NCBI GenBank assembly: GCA_016187515.1
Contig: JACPJN010000007.1
Coordinates: forward strand, 4,046 to 68,045
Reading direction: 5' to 3'
Length of the DNA: 64,000 nucleotides
Origin: Candidatus Uhrbacteria bacterium
GTDB lineage: Bacteria; Patescibacteriota; Patescibacteriia; GWA2-47-26
Shown: positions 1 to 11,339 of the stretch, piece after piece
Numbering within the stretch: the stretch's first letter is position 1
Layout of the letters: the number at the start of each line of letters is the position of its first letter
Program-made: the position numbers and the translations under genes
Notes under the pieces: model-generated
Told to the model about the DNA's origin: nothing
Database searches by the model: none
The model's input: only the letters and a program-made list of their open reading frames with translations

Positions 1-122
1 CCGACGGCTCTGCATGTTATCCTCCATTTTCCGCCGCAGATGTTTGCGGCGACCTGAATACCTTATCTAAAATTGTGAATTCCGGCAAGTTTGTGTATTG
101 GGCCGCTGCGCTTGTTGGAGCG

Positions 123-1271
123 TTAGTAGCGCACCCCATAATTTTCCGGCACAATCTCAATCCAGGTTACTCCCGCGTTGAATTCCACCTCGTGTCCTTG
201 CGCGTCATACCAGCGCATCCGCTCGCGCGCACTCGGTTTTTTCCACACTCCGACCGTAACGCGGCCATCCTGAAATACCAGTCCTTTGCCTTCCCCCAGC
301 GTGGTAAATTCTTTGCGCCCCACGGCATCCAGAATTTTCATTTTCTGAAACGCCACCGCGATATTTTTGGCAATAATCTCTTTCCCGTTCGCGCCGCGAT
401 GCGCGCCATCCCATTGTATCCGCTTGTAGTGATTCTCAAATTTGTCGTAAAGCCACTGCGCACCATAGGGCGCGGCGTAGCCGATTTGAATATCATTCAC
501 ATCTCCGCGCAAATCCGGCGGAGCGTCGGATTTAAACTTCCAAACCCCCACTGTATCTCCCCCTTGGCGAGGGGGAGAAAGAGGGGGTGGAAAATTTTGG
601 TACGCCTTCTCCAGCAACTCCGTATTCGTATACAAATGGTGCGGTCTTGGCCGGCCATCTTTTGCGTAAAAATACTGCGGCTGATACCATTGATCCAAGT
701 CCTGCACGCCATCAACACTCTCCACACGCAACATATTGTAAGCCGCCGGCGAAGATCCCACATGCGCGAAAAGCGTATTAAACTCCGCGGCCCAGTCCAG
801 AAAGTAAGGCCGCGCGCTGCGCACCGGGCCGATTTCGATCGTGGTTTCCGCGTTGTTCCGCGTCAGGGCCGCTGGCACAGCCTTGGAAATTTGAGCGGCC
901 CCTGCGGCCCTTTGTTCCGCGTTGTTCCGCGGAGCCATGGTATACGTGGGTAGTACAAAATACCCCAAAAACCTCGTAATATTCGCTTCGGTCACCGCTT
1001 CAAACACCAGCGCCGCCTCCGCAATCCCCGAGATCGGCTGGGCCTCGATCATGTTTTCCACCAGCACCCCGGCGACCGGCGGATTCTCCTGGCCTTGTTC
1101 CACCATCATCCCGTCAATTGCCCGGCGCACTTTTGGCGTCTCCGCTATCACCGCCTCCTTTGAAACCTCATCCTGCCACGGACGAATCACCCACATCAAA
1201 ACAAAAACAGCCGTGACGATGATCACCGCTATCCCAAGCTCCTTTTTCCGGTCTCTTTTTGTTTTTTTCAT
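123..1271 (-). CDS. DUF3048/YerB-like membrane-anchored protein with two repeat-derived in-frame inserts
   Basis: N-terminal TM; motifs VENMIEAQPISGI, ITRF, IGPVRSARPYF, PHHLYT; start moved to MKKTK. Confidence 0.8.
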   Translation of the reverse strand: MKKTKRDRKKELGIAVIIVTAVFVLMWVIRPWQDEVSKEAVIAETPKVRRAIDGMMVEQGQENPPVAGVLVENMIEAQPISGIAEAALVFEAVTEANITRFLGYFVLPTYTMAPRNNAEQRAAGAAQISKAVPAALTRNNAETTIEIGPVRSARPYFLDWAAEFNTLFAHVGSSPAAYNMLRVESVDGVQDLDQWYQPQYFYAKDGRPRPHHLYTNTELLEKAYQNFPPPLSPPRQGGDTVGVWKFKSDAPPDLRGDVNDIQIGYAAPYGAQWLYDKFENHYKRIQWDGAHRGANGKEIIAKNIAVAFQKMKILDAVGRKEFTTLGEGKGLVFQDGRVTVGVWKKPSARERMRWYDAQGHEVEFNAGVTWIEIVPENYGVRY

Positions 1272-1492
1272 ATTCCTCCATTTCCATTTTTCCCCTCCAC
1301 TGGCGGAGGCGCCGATGCGCGGCGTTTCCGAATGAGGACCCTTGCGCAGCCCCGCCATTGTATTGTTTTCTTTTAAGATGCAACCGATTGGCGGGGCGAG
1401 CAGGAGCGCAGCGGGGATATTCGTGAATGAGAGAAAATGGTTACGCTGACGCGTGTCCGAAGAGGAAATGCCGCGTGGCGGTGCCGGAGCAA

Positions 1493-2185
1493 CTACTTCT
1501 TTTTCTCCTCTTTCTTCCCCTCTTCCTCTTCTTTCTTCGCTTTTTCCGCTTTCTTCTCATCCCCAACAGAGGTAATTTTCTCAATCACCTCTTTTTCCGA
1601 AGGCGCGGGAGCGGCCTCTTCTTCCACTCTGGGCGGCTGGGCCAGGACGACCTTCTCTTCCGCCCGGGTCAGTACCGTAATGCCGCTGGGAATCTTCAGG
1701 TCTTTAACGGCGATCGTATCCTCAAAAGTCCGCAGCGGCGCGATATCCACTTCAATCTCGTGCACCAAATCCTGCGGCAAACATTCCGCCTGGAGTTCTT
1801 GTAAATTCTTGACCAGCACCCCGCCAAGCTCTTTGATCGCCGCGGATTCGCCTTTGAACTTGAGCGGAATGGTCACCTTCAATTTTTCGGTCATGGAGAC
1901 CTGATAAAAATCCACGTGAATGGGCTTAAGATGGAGGTGATGCTTGGCCACCTCCTGAATCAACACCTTAACCGGCGCTTCATCTCCAACCTGAAGATCC
2001 ACCAAGGTGGACTCCCCGGCCTGCTTATACACTTTTTCAAACGCGCGGGCCTCAATCTGCACGTTTTGAGACGGCACATGATGCCCATAGAGCACGGCTG
2101 GGACAACCCCCGCGCGCCGAAGCGCCGGGGCTTTTTTCCCCGCCGTATCCCGCCTCTGCGCTTGTAAACTGATGGTTTGCTGCAT
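1493..2185 (-). CDS. rplY: 50S ribosomal protein L25 (CTC form)
   Basis: LRRAGVVPAVLYG, HVDFYQV, GGVLV motifs; acidic/basic tail. Confidence 0.95.
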   Translation of the reverse strand: MQQTISLQAQRRDTAGKKAPALRRAGVVPAVLYGHHVPSQNVQIEARAFEKVYKQAGESTLVDLQVGDEAPVKVLIQEVAKHHLHLKPIHVDFYQVSMTEKLKVTIPLKFKGESAAIKELGGVLVKNLQELQAECLPQDLVHEIEVDIAPLRTFEDTIAVKDLKIPSGITVLTRAEEKVVLAQPPRVEEEAAPAPSEKEVIEKITSVGDEKKAEKAKKEEEEGKKEEKKK

Positions 2186-2326
2186 ATTATAGATTTGAGA
2201 GCGCTTTGCAATTCAATACACGTGCACAAAAGAATACCATATCCCGCGTACCCTTGTCAACTCCACCGGTATAGTGTACGATCAAGGCGCTCTTTTAACC
2301 CGTACACTCAAAAAGGAGGAAAGGCC

Positions 2327-2623
2327 ATGGGCGAACCCGAACATCCGCTGATTATCCTGCTATTTGGGGCATTCATTGTTCTTTTTTTCGCCGTGCTTAT
2401 CTCTCAAGCGCTCCGCGGATGTCCGCATGCGGACGAAGATGTCCAAGGGGACATTAGAGGCGATCACCAAAGGATGTCTGACCGCGCGATCCGCGACGCC
2501 GGCGCGCCCGGACCGGACCGCTTTACCGGCCGGATCTTCATCCGCCCGGAATTCAAGTACAGCGACCATGCTCCGGACACGGCCGATGATCTGGATTTGC
2601 GCCGGGACGGCGGCACGCTGTAG
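2327..2623 (+). CDS. small orphan membrane protein
   Basis: AAAGGAGG SD before ATG; single TM segment. Confidence 0.6.
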   Translation: MGEPEHPLIILLFGAFIVLFFAVLISQALRGCPHADEDVQGDIRGDHQRMSDRAIRDAGAPGPDRFTGRIFIRPEFKYSDHAPDTADDLDLRRDGGTL

Positions 2624-2639
2624 ACGCCACGCTGCACTT

Positions 2640-2682
2640 TGTGCTACACTAAACTTGTCCACAAGGACAGAAAGGAGAGAAA
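2640..2682 (+). repeat. 43-bp promoter/SD leader, copy 1 (identical to 3946-3988)
   Basis: tgtgctacactaaacttgtccacaaggacagaaaggagagaaa; contains TGnTACACT extended -10 and AAAGGAG. Confidence 0.9.
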
Positions 2683-2686
2683 TCCC

Positions 2687-2827
2687 ATGGGAGACGGCTG
2701 TTACCCAGACCACTTCATCGTCCTCGGCAAGCTCATCGACGGCGGAAGGTTCGGCGAAGACGGCGGACGCGTCTGCGGCGTGACCATCTGCATGGCCCTG
2801 GACAAGACCCACCTCTCGATCCACTAG
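2687..2827 (+). CDS. 46-aa orphan peptide
   Basis: ATG directly after the repeated leader and SD. Confidence 0.5.
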   Translation: MGDGCYPDHFIVLGKLIDGGRFGEDGGRVCGVTICMALDKTHLSIH

Positions 2828-2959
2828 GAGTAGCGCGAGAGCGCGCGTCAATGCCCCGATCGCAGCAGCGGGGCTACTCCACGCACCTTCAACTCAACCG
2901 CACGAAAGGAGGAAACGCCATGTGCTCGCTCACGTGCACCACGTAGCCACACGGCTACC

Positions 2960-3014
2960 CGCTCTTCCACGCACCCCGGCAACGCATCTGCATCACGCGT
3001 CGCCGGGTTTTTTT
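2960..3014 (+). terminator. 55-bp terminator module, copy 1 (identical to 4093-4147)
   Basis: cccggcaacgc...gcgtcgccggg stem followed by a T7 tract. Confidence 0.85.
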
Positions 3015-3019
3015 AATCT

Positions 3020-3183
3020 AAGGGACTGTTGCCGAATATCATTTCTACTGCAATTTCCAGATTTCGGCTGCAGCTTTGCAAAAATTGTTCAACAGATACT
3101 CCGTATATGCTTCACAATTTTTGCTTTGCTTCGCTCAAAATCTGAAAATTTCGTTACGAAAGCATATTCGGCAACAGTCCCTT
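3020..3183. mobile_element. MITE-like rod element with perfect 20-bp terminal inverted repeats
   Basis: aagggactgttgccgaatat ... atattcggcaacagtccctt; interior also self-complementary. Confidence 0.7.
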
Positions 3184-3202
3184 TCCGCAAAGCGATTTCC
3201 AA

Positions 3203-3640
3203 TCAAAATTTGTGTGTGTTTAAAAATTCGCCGGGCGTTATAATAAACACTGGCAATCGTAAATCGGCTAGCTTGATATTGCGAAGAAGATGTTTCTGAT
3301 CCAGAGTCAAAAGAATGGGGGTATCACTCAACAGCGCCCCCAATACAATTGGGATGTCTTTATCCGGGACGCAGGAACGCAGACGATACTCCAACACCAA
3401 AGGAATGTCGGCAAGGGATTGAATGCGGGGTTGAATTGCGGTCAAGTTATTATAATGCCGGGCAACTGCCTCGCTACCTAGCTTTTTCTCAATATTTCGC
3501 TCGGCTTCCGCAAGCGCATGGGCTACCGTGACGACGCGTATCTTTTCCCGCTTAGCCAATTCAATAACAAAGTGCGATCCACCACTGGGTGACCGCACTG
3601 CGGCAAAAAATATATTCGCATCCAAAAATACCGGCTCCAT
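3203..3640 (-). CDS. PIN-domain (VapC-like) toxin
   Basis: VFLDANIFF, PDKDIPIV, LLTLDQKHL motifs. Confidence 0.85.
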   Translation of the reverse strand: MEPVFLDANIFFAAVRSPSGGSHFVIELAKREKIRVVTVAHALAEAERNIEKKLGSEAVARHYNNLTAIQPRIQSLADIPLVLEYRLRSCVPDKDIPIVLGALLSDTPILLTLDQKHLLRNIKLADLRLPVFIITPGEFLNTHKF

Positions 3641-3664
3641 AGCAAGAAATAGCCCGCCCCTTTA

Positions 3665-3871
3665 TTATACGGTGAGCAATTTTTCCAATCGCGCGCGCGT
3701 GGCACGATCAATCCGATCCATCTTGGCAAATTCGCGAATCCGCTTTTCAGAATATTCCTCAATTCCCCAGCGGAGCTCCGGAATGAAACGTAGCATCTCA
3801 TTATAAAGCGTTGCTCTCCTTTTCAGAATTTCATAACGGCTCTTTGGAAGCGTCACAGTTGAAGAAGACAT
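3665..3871 (-). CDS. probable antitoxin
   Basis: 68-aa gene directly upstream of the PIN toxin; EEYSEKRIREF. Confidence 0.6.
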   Translation of the reverse strand: MSSSTVTLPKSRYEILKRRATLYNEMLRFIPELRWGIEEYSEKRIREFAKMDRIDRATRARLEKLLTV

Positions 3872-3945
3872 AAAAATAGATAATCATTTTACTTATGTGG
3901 TTAAGTATACCAATCCCCTACCCCGCGTGTCAAACTTATCTATTG

Positions 3946-3988
3946 TGTGCTACACTAAACTTGTCCACAAGGACAGAAAGGAGAGAAA
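3946..3988 (+). repeat. 43-bp promoter/SD leader, copy 2
   Basis: identical to 2640-2682. Confidence 0.9.
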
Positions 3989-3993
3989 ATTCC

Positions 3994-4080
3994 ATGCGCA
4001 CGTTCTTTTTCGGACTGGCACTGGTGCTGACCATGCTCACGGCGCCCAACGTGGCCCACGCGTTCGTGATCATGTTCTAG
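3994..4080 (+). CDS. 28-aa hydrophobic peptide (signal-peptide-like)
   Basis: MRTFFFGLALVLTMLTAPNVAHAFVIMF lies between the repeated leader and the repeated terminator. Confidence 0.55.
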   Translation: MRTFFFGLALVLTMLTAPNVAHAFVIMF

Positions 4081-4092
4081 CCCCGCCGGCTA

Positions 4093-4147
4093 CGCTCTTC
4101 CACGCACCCCGGCAACGCATCTGCATCACGCGTCGCCGGGTTTTTTT
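4093..4147 (+). terminator. 55-bp terminator module, copy 2
   Basis: identical to 2960-3014. Confidence 0.85.
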
Positions 4148-4180
4148 AATTTTTTCCTCCTCTCCACTAAAGTATAAGGA

Positions 4181-4335
4181 TGTCTCGTGACGGCGACTCG
4201 CAGCAAAAATGTTGCGCAGGTCGAGCGGGCAAGGCGTCCCGACCGCGGTCGGGACGAGCGAGACCGAGCACAAGCAACGGCCGCCTCGCTGGGGCGGCCG
4301 ATTGCGGTTTTTGCGCGAGTCGCCGGCACGGGACA
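4181..4335. repeat. 155-bp multi-hairpin element with ~21-bp imperfect terminal inverted repeats
   Basis: tgtctcgtgacggcgactcgc / gcgagtcgccggcacgggaca; internal gtcccgaccgcggtcgggac. Confidence 0.7.
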
Positions 4336-4344
4336 GCCGTCGCG

Positions 4345-5433
4345 CTACCCCCTCACCCTTATACTTTGCACCACCCCCAGCATTAAAAAATTCGCAAGCA
4401 GCGCGGAACCCCCGAGCGACACAAACGGCAGCGGCAGCCCGACAATCGGCAGAACCCCAAGATTCATTCCCGCGTTAAGCAAAACCTGCACCCCTAAAAC
4501 CAAGAAAAACCCCGCCACGCAAAACATCGCGAAACCGTCAGTAATGGCGCGCAGCAGATTCGCGAGCCGCCACACGATTACCCCATAAGCCCCCAGTACC
4601 AGAAGCACGCCGAAAAGTCCAAGCTGTTCGGCCAGCACCGCGAAGATAAAATCGGTCTGCGCTTCGGGCAAAAACCGCAGCTGCGATTGCGAACCCTGGC
4701 CAAGGCCCCGGCCGGCAATCCCGCCGGCGCCCACGGCAATCACGGATTGGCGAATATTATAGCCATGCCCAAACGGATCCCGTTCGGGATCAAGAAAACT
4801 CAACACCCGCTCTTTTTGATAATCGCGCAAGAAAAATTGCCAGCTCAACAGCGCGGCAAAAACCACCGCGATAATTCCGCCCCACAGGTAGCGTCCGGGC
4901 ACTCTGGCAAAAAGCACCATCCCAAAAGTAATGGCTAAAAGCACAAGCGCCGAACCCAGATCCGGCTGGGCCAGGGTCAGCGCGGTATAAAGCCCGCCCA
5001 AAATGCCGACCCCCAGCATGACTTTCAGATCCACCAGATGCGCTTTGCGATCAAGATAATTCGCGACGACCATAATCAGAATGATTTTGGCGAGCTCCAC
5101 CGGCTGCGCGGTATAACCCAGGATGGAAAGCCAGCCGCGCGTTCCGCGCACGGTCACCCCAAACAGGATCACCCCGGTAAGCGCCGCGGCTCCGGCCACA
5201 TAGAGAAAACGCGTTAGCGAACGCCACACCCGAAAATCCACCAGGGTCAGTCCGAGGGCGGCCGCAAACCCGACCCCCGTAAACACCAATTGTTTTCTGA
5301 AATTGAAAAGCCGCCCGGGGTCTTGCGCCAGATCCACGCTCCAAATCGCTAAGAGCCCGAGGGCAACCAAAATCCCCACCGCTGAAAAAAGGATCCAATC
5401 AATACGCCGAAAAATACGCAAAATTTGCGGCAT
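4345..5433 (-). CDS. rodA: rod shape-determining protein RodA (SEDS family)
   Basis: QPVELAKI, QPDLGSA, FLPEAQTDFIFA, GLPLPFVSLGGS. Confidence 0.92.
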   Translation of the reverse strand: MPQILRIFRRIDWILFSAVGILVALGLLAIWSVDLAQDPGRLFNFRKQLVFTGVGFAAALGLTLVDFRVWRSLTRFLYVAGAAALTGVILFGVTVRGTRGWLSILGYTAQPVELAKIILIMVVANYLDRKAHLVDLKVMLGVGILGGLYTALTLAQPDLGSALVLLAITFGMVLFARVPGRYLWGGIIAVVFAALLSWQFFLRDYQKERVLSFLDPERDPFGHGYNIRQSVIAVGAGGIAGRGLGQGSQSQLRFLPEAQTDFIFAVLAEQLGLFGVLLVLGAYGVIVWRLANLLRAITDGFAMFCVAGFFLVLGVQVLLNAGMNLGVLPIVGLPLPFVSLGGSALLANFLMLGVVQSIRVRG

Positions 5434-5434
5434 A

Positions 5435-5553
5435 AATTCCAAATCACAAGCACCAAATTACAAGGAAATCTCAAGCTCCAAATCACAAATCACAGTCGTT
5501 TGTAATTTGAAATTTGTGGTTTGGTATTTGTTTGTTTTTTGGGATTTGTAATT
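5435..5553. repeat. inverted heptamer tandem array (aaatcac/aaattcc type)
   Basis: left arm (aaatYMc)n, right arm its complement. Confidence 0.75.
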
Positions 5554-5568
5554 TGGCGCCTCTTAATC

Positions 5569-6414
5569 CTACGGCTTAAGATACACCTCCGGGTTCATCA
5601 AATCAATTATCGGCACCACTTCGATATTCGAAATCGCCCCGAGGCGATCAATCCACGTCAGCTCTAGTTTGCGCGTCTGGCCTGATCTAAACTCATCAAC
5701 CGTAACCCCTTGGGCCCCTTGCAGCCGCGAACCCTGGAAAAGCAGCACTAAAAAATCAGCCGCCACATACCCAAAGGCCGTCTTGTTAATCAGTGAAAAA
5801 GTCGCGCGCCCTACGCTCCCTTTTCCTTCCACTACCGCCGGTATGAATTTCGGATCTTGCACTTCAAAATCAAGCCGTTCCTGACGCCACTTGGCCACAT
5901 CCGGAATTTCTTTAGGGTTAATTCGCCGCCAAGAAAGATTTTCTATATTAAATACCAGCGTCCCCGCGCCGGCGGAACGAAGCGTGCGAATAAAGGGACG
6001 CTCTTCTTGAGGCAGCAGAAATCCGTTTTCCACGCGCTGAAGCTCGTCGCCGATTCCGATCGTGTAGGAGAACTCCGCCGACCACTCGGGATTGGGATTT
6101 TGTACGCGCGCCAGCACATCCGTAACCTCCCCGGAACGCAACAGCTCTATTCCGCCAAGCTGCAGATCAACCGGCCGATTGGCCAGACGCGCGGCTTCGC
6201 CGGGAATGGCGGTTTTTAAGAGCTCGAGGTCTTGCAGTTTGCGCTTGTTCGAAAACAAGAGCTCTTGACCAACCCCCCATCCGGAATAGACGATCAGCGC
6301 CCCGTCCAGCGCCAAAATTATACCCAGCGCGGCTTTGCGCAGTACGGCCCGATGCTTGACATACCAAATCGCGGTCCCCAGTTGTTTTTCAGATAGTTCC
6401 GAATCGCTAGGCAT
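5569..6414 (-). CDS. hypothetical membrane-anchored protein
   Basis: long ORF with N-terminal TM and beta-rich body. Confidence 0.7.
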   Translation of the reverse strand: MPSDSELSEKQLGTAIWYVKHRAVLRKAALGIILALDGALIVYSGWGVGQELLFSNKRKLQDLELLKTAIPGEAARLANRPVDLQLGGIELLRSGEVTDVLARVQNPNPEWSAEFSYTIGIGDELQRVENGFLLPQEERPFIRTLRSAGAGTLVFNIENLSWRRINPKEIPDVAKWRQERLDFEVQDPKFIPAVVEGKGSVGRATFSLINKTAFGYVAADFLVLLFQGSRLQGAQGVTVDEFRSGQTRKLELTWIDRLGAISNIEVVPIIDLMNPEVYLKP

Positions 6415-6470
6415 AGTCTTGTATTGTAGCACAAAATGTGATATACTGGTATCTAGTAATCGACCCATGG

Positions 6471-8704
<2,234 letters not shown>

Positions 8705-8711
8705 AACGGAA

Positions 8712-8794
8712 CACCCCCTCTCGCTCCCCCTCATTAAGGGGGAGAAATCGACAAACAATTTCCTCCCCTTTTCAAGGGGAGGTTGGGAGGGGTC
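8712..8794. repeat. CCCCT...AGGGG double-hairpin REP-like element
   Basis: ctccccctcattaagggggag ... cctccccttttcaaggggaggttgggagggg; family recurs more than 15 times in the window. Confidence 0.85.
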
Positions 8795-8897
8795 AGGCGG
8801 AAACAATTGAATGTCTTACCGCCGGGGCTTGCCCCCGGCTTTTTGCTATGCTACACTCCCCTTAGCCGCACCTTCCACGCACAAAGGAGAAATCGCC

Positions 8898-9221
8898 ATG
8901 CCGTACTGTCTGATTGGTAAGCTCGTTGTCTGGGGCGTGCTACCGCTCGCCTATCTTTTCTTCTCCATCTGGGCCTGCAGTGCGCTAACCCAGGCACTGC
9001 GCAAACCGCTGCTTGGCCACTACTACGGCCCGAACTTCTGGATCGAGAGCGCCTACAACGCGATCGACTACACCGGGCCGAACACCTTCATGGCCGGACT
9101 GAACACGGTCATCGTTTTTCTCCTGGCCCCGTTCCTCAACACGCTCGGCTTCCTTGAATTCGGCATCCGCTACGCCCTCAAGCGCTGGCGCAAGACCGCC
9201 ACCCCCGCCGCGCTCGCCTAG
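8898..9221 (+). CDS. orphan membrane protein cassette
   Basis: TGCTACACT -10, AAAGGAG SD, two TMs, GC hairpin plus T tract downstream. Confidence 0.65.
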   Translation: MPYCLIGKLVVWGVLPLAYLFFSIWACSALTQALRKPLLGHYYGPNFWIESAYNAIDYTGPNTFMAGLNTVIVFLLAPFLNTLGFLEFGIRYALKRWRKTATPAALA

Positions 9222-9407
9222 TCCGCGCCTTCCCATCATAGTTTACCCGCCTAACTTTACCCTCTGCCGAAGGAAAGTTTGGCGGGCTCCTTCCCGTGGC
9301 CCACGCCCGCGCGCGCCGCCACGGTGTTTTTTTTAATTTTTGTCTAAGTTCTAAGCCAGGATACGAACCAGCTACCCACCTTGGCAATCACCTCCTGACC
9401 ACCGGAT

Positions 9408-9433
9408 CTATTATAAGCGATCGCTTATAATAG
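9408..9433. repeat. 26-bp loopless perfect palindrome
   Basis: ctattataagcgatcgcttataatag. Confidence 0.8.
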
Positions 9434-9599
9434 CTCCTGACTAACGTTGTCCACAAACCCAGTGGCGGACCGAAGAGAAATCCCCCTCGCCCCGACTCGC
9501 TGTGAATTATGAGGGCGTCACGATTCGTAACCCCCTCTAACTCCCCCTTACCCTAAGGGGGAGAAAAATTTCATCCGTGATCCGTGGCTATCCTGTTCT

Positions 9600-10073
9600 C
9601 TATCCGCGGCTATCCGTAACGTGCCTCAAGGCATAGAGCGCCACTCCGGCCGCCACCGAAACATTGAGTGATTCTTTTTTGCCGAGCATGGGGATATGGA
9701 CGATGGCGTCGGCACGTTCCAGTACTCCGCGCGAAACGCCGTTGACTTCATTGCCAACCACGATTGCCACAGGAAACCGTGGTTTAAATTTTTTTATTGA
9801 TTGAGATTTTTTTGTTTGTTCAAGCGCAACAACTTGCACTCCTTGTGCCTGCAATTCCTCCACCACCTTCCACGTCTGTCCCCTTTTCTCCCACGGCACG
9901 GTTTGCTCCGCCCCCAGCGCGACTTTGGCAATTTCTTTGCGCGGCGGGGTACCGGTATATCCGCATAAATATACTTTAGCCACACCAAACGCATCAGCGC
10001 TGCGAAACAGCGACCCCACATTGTGCAAACTGCGAATTCGGTCCGCCACCAGATAAACCGCACCCTTGTGCAT
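9600..10073 (-). CDS. SpoU/TrmH family RNA methyltransferase
   Basis: IRSLHNVGSLFRSAD, VGNEVNGV, IPMLGKKESLNVSVAAG. Confidence 0.92.
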   Translation of the reverse strand: MHKGAVYLVADRIRSLHNVGSLFRSADAFGVAKVYLCGYTGTPPRKEIAKVALGAEQTVPWEKRGQTWKVVEELQAQGVQVVALEQTKKSQSIKKFKPRFPVAIVVGNEVNGVSRGVLERADAIVHIPMLGKKESLNVSVAAGVALYALRHVTDSRG

Positions 10074-10150
10074 AATGCCCCTTGACATAAAATCTGCCTT
10101 ATTATACACTATTCCCACTGCCCGCAACAGGGCTTTTTTAAGACCAAATT

Positions 10151-10330
10151 ATGCGCCTGATAAACTATCTCAAAGAATCACAGCAGGAAATGAAAAAAGT
10201 GGTCTGGCCGTCTAAAAAAGAAACCACCAATTATACCTTGGCCGTGGTCTTCATCAGCTTGGGTATTGCCGTCTTCTTCGCGATCGTTGACTATTTTCTG
10301 AACATCGGACTGGAAAAAATAATTCGCTAG
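10151..10330 (+). CDS. secE: preprotein translocase SecE (59 aa, below the ORF-track cutoff)
   Basis: hand translation MRLINYLKESQQEMKKVVWPSKKET... plus TM; upstream of nusG. Confidence 0.92.
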   Translation: MRLINYLKESQQEMKKVVWPSKKETTNYTLAVVFISLGIAVFFAIVDYFLNIGLEKIIR

Positions 10331-10335
10331 TTCAT

Positions 10336-10881
10336 ATGCCCAAGCAGACACTCGACCTGGGACGGCGCTGGTACGCGATCCACACCTATTCCGGCTACGA
10401 GGAAAATGTCTCCACCAACTTAAAACAGCGCGTGGAGTCCATGGGGATCGAAGACAAAATCTTCAGCGTCTTGGTGCCCACCGAAAAGAAAATCAAAATT
10501 AAAAGCGGCCGCCGTAAAGTGGTGGAGGAAAAAATCTTCCCGGGATATGTGCTCGTGGAAATGATTGTCACTGACGATTCTTGGTATGTGGTGCGCAATA
10601 CTCCCAACGTCACCGGCTTTGTCGGTTCGGGCACCACGCCCACCCCGATTGCCGAGCTGGAGGTAAAAGCGCTGCTCAAGCGCACCCAAATTGAAGAGCC
10701 AACTTATACCATTGACGTCACCGTCGGCCAACCCGTGCAGATTACCGACGGCCCCTTCAAGGGATTTGAGGGCAAAGTTTCTCAAGTTGATGAGGCGCGC
10801 GGCAAAATCAAAGTCGTGGTCAGCATGTTCGGCCGCGAAACCCCGGTGGAATTGGACTTCCTGCAGATTAAAAAAATATAA
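10336..10881 (+). CDS. nusG: transcription factor NusG
   Basis: WYAIHTYSGYE, FPGYVLVEM, KOW DGPF, FGRETPVE. Confidence 0.97.
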   Translation: MPKQTLDLGRRWYAIHTYSGYEENVSTNLKQRVESMGIEDKIFSVLVPTEKKIKIKSGRRKVVEEKIFPGYVLVEMIVTDDSWYVVRNTPNVTGFVGSGTTPTPIAELEVKALLKRTQIEEPTYTIDVTVGQPVQITDGPFKGFEGKVSQVDEARGKIKVVVSMFGRETPVELDFLQIKKI

Positions 10882-10887
10882 TACGCT

Positions 10888-11313
10888 ATGGCTAAGAAAA
10901 TCAAGACCATCATCAAACTCCAAATCCCGGCCGGCAAAGCCAATCCGGCCCCGCCGGTGGGTCCGGCGTTAGGCCAGCATGGCCTGAACATCGCGGAATT
11001 TTGCCAGAAATTCAATGCCGCGACTTCAAAAATGGGAGGCGATATAGTTCCGGTGGAAATTACCGTATTTGAAGATCGCACTTACACCTTCCGCACTAAA
11101 ACCCCTCCGGCTTCCGACCTGCTCAAGAAAGCCGCGGGCATTGAAAAGGGCTCCGGAAAACCGCTGACTGAAAAAATCGGCAAGGTCAGCCGGGCGCAAG
11201 TCCGGGAGATCGCGCTGCGCAAACTTCCGGATTTAAATACTAAGGACATTGAGAAAGCCATAAAAACCATCGCGGGTACAGCCAGACAAATGGGGCTGGA
11301 AGTTATCGGCTAA
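10888..11313 (+). CDS. rplK: 50S ribosomal protein L11
   Basis: [15 protein letters not shown]. Confidence 0.97.
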   Translation: MAKKIKTIIKLQIPAGKANPAPPVGPALGQHGLNIAEFCQKFNAATSKMGGDIVPVEITVFEDRTYTFRTKTPPASDLLKKAAGIEKGSGKPLTEKIGKVSRAQVREIALRKLPDLNTKDIEKAIKTIAGTARQMGLEVIG

Positions 11314-11339
11314 GCGGTCCTATTGGACCCAGACGACCT

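Noticed and set aside
75-953. 292-aa plus-strand ORF and many similar overlapping ORFs
   Set aside because: Antisense to well-supported genes and without recognisable motifs
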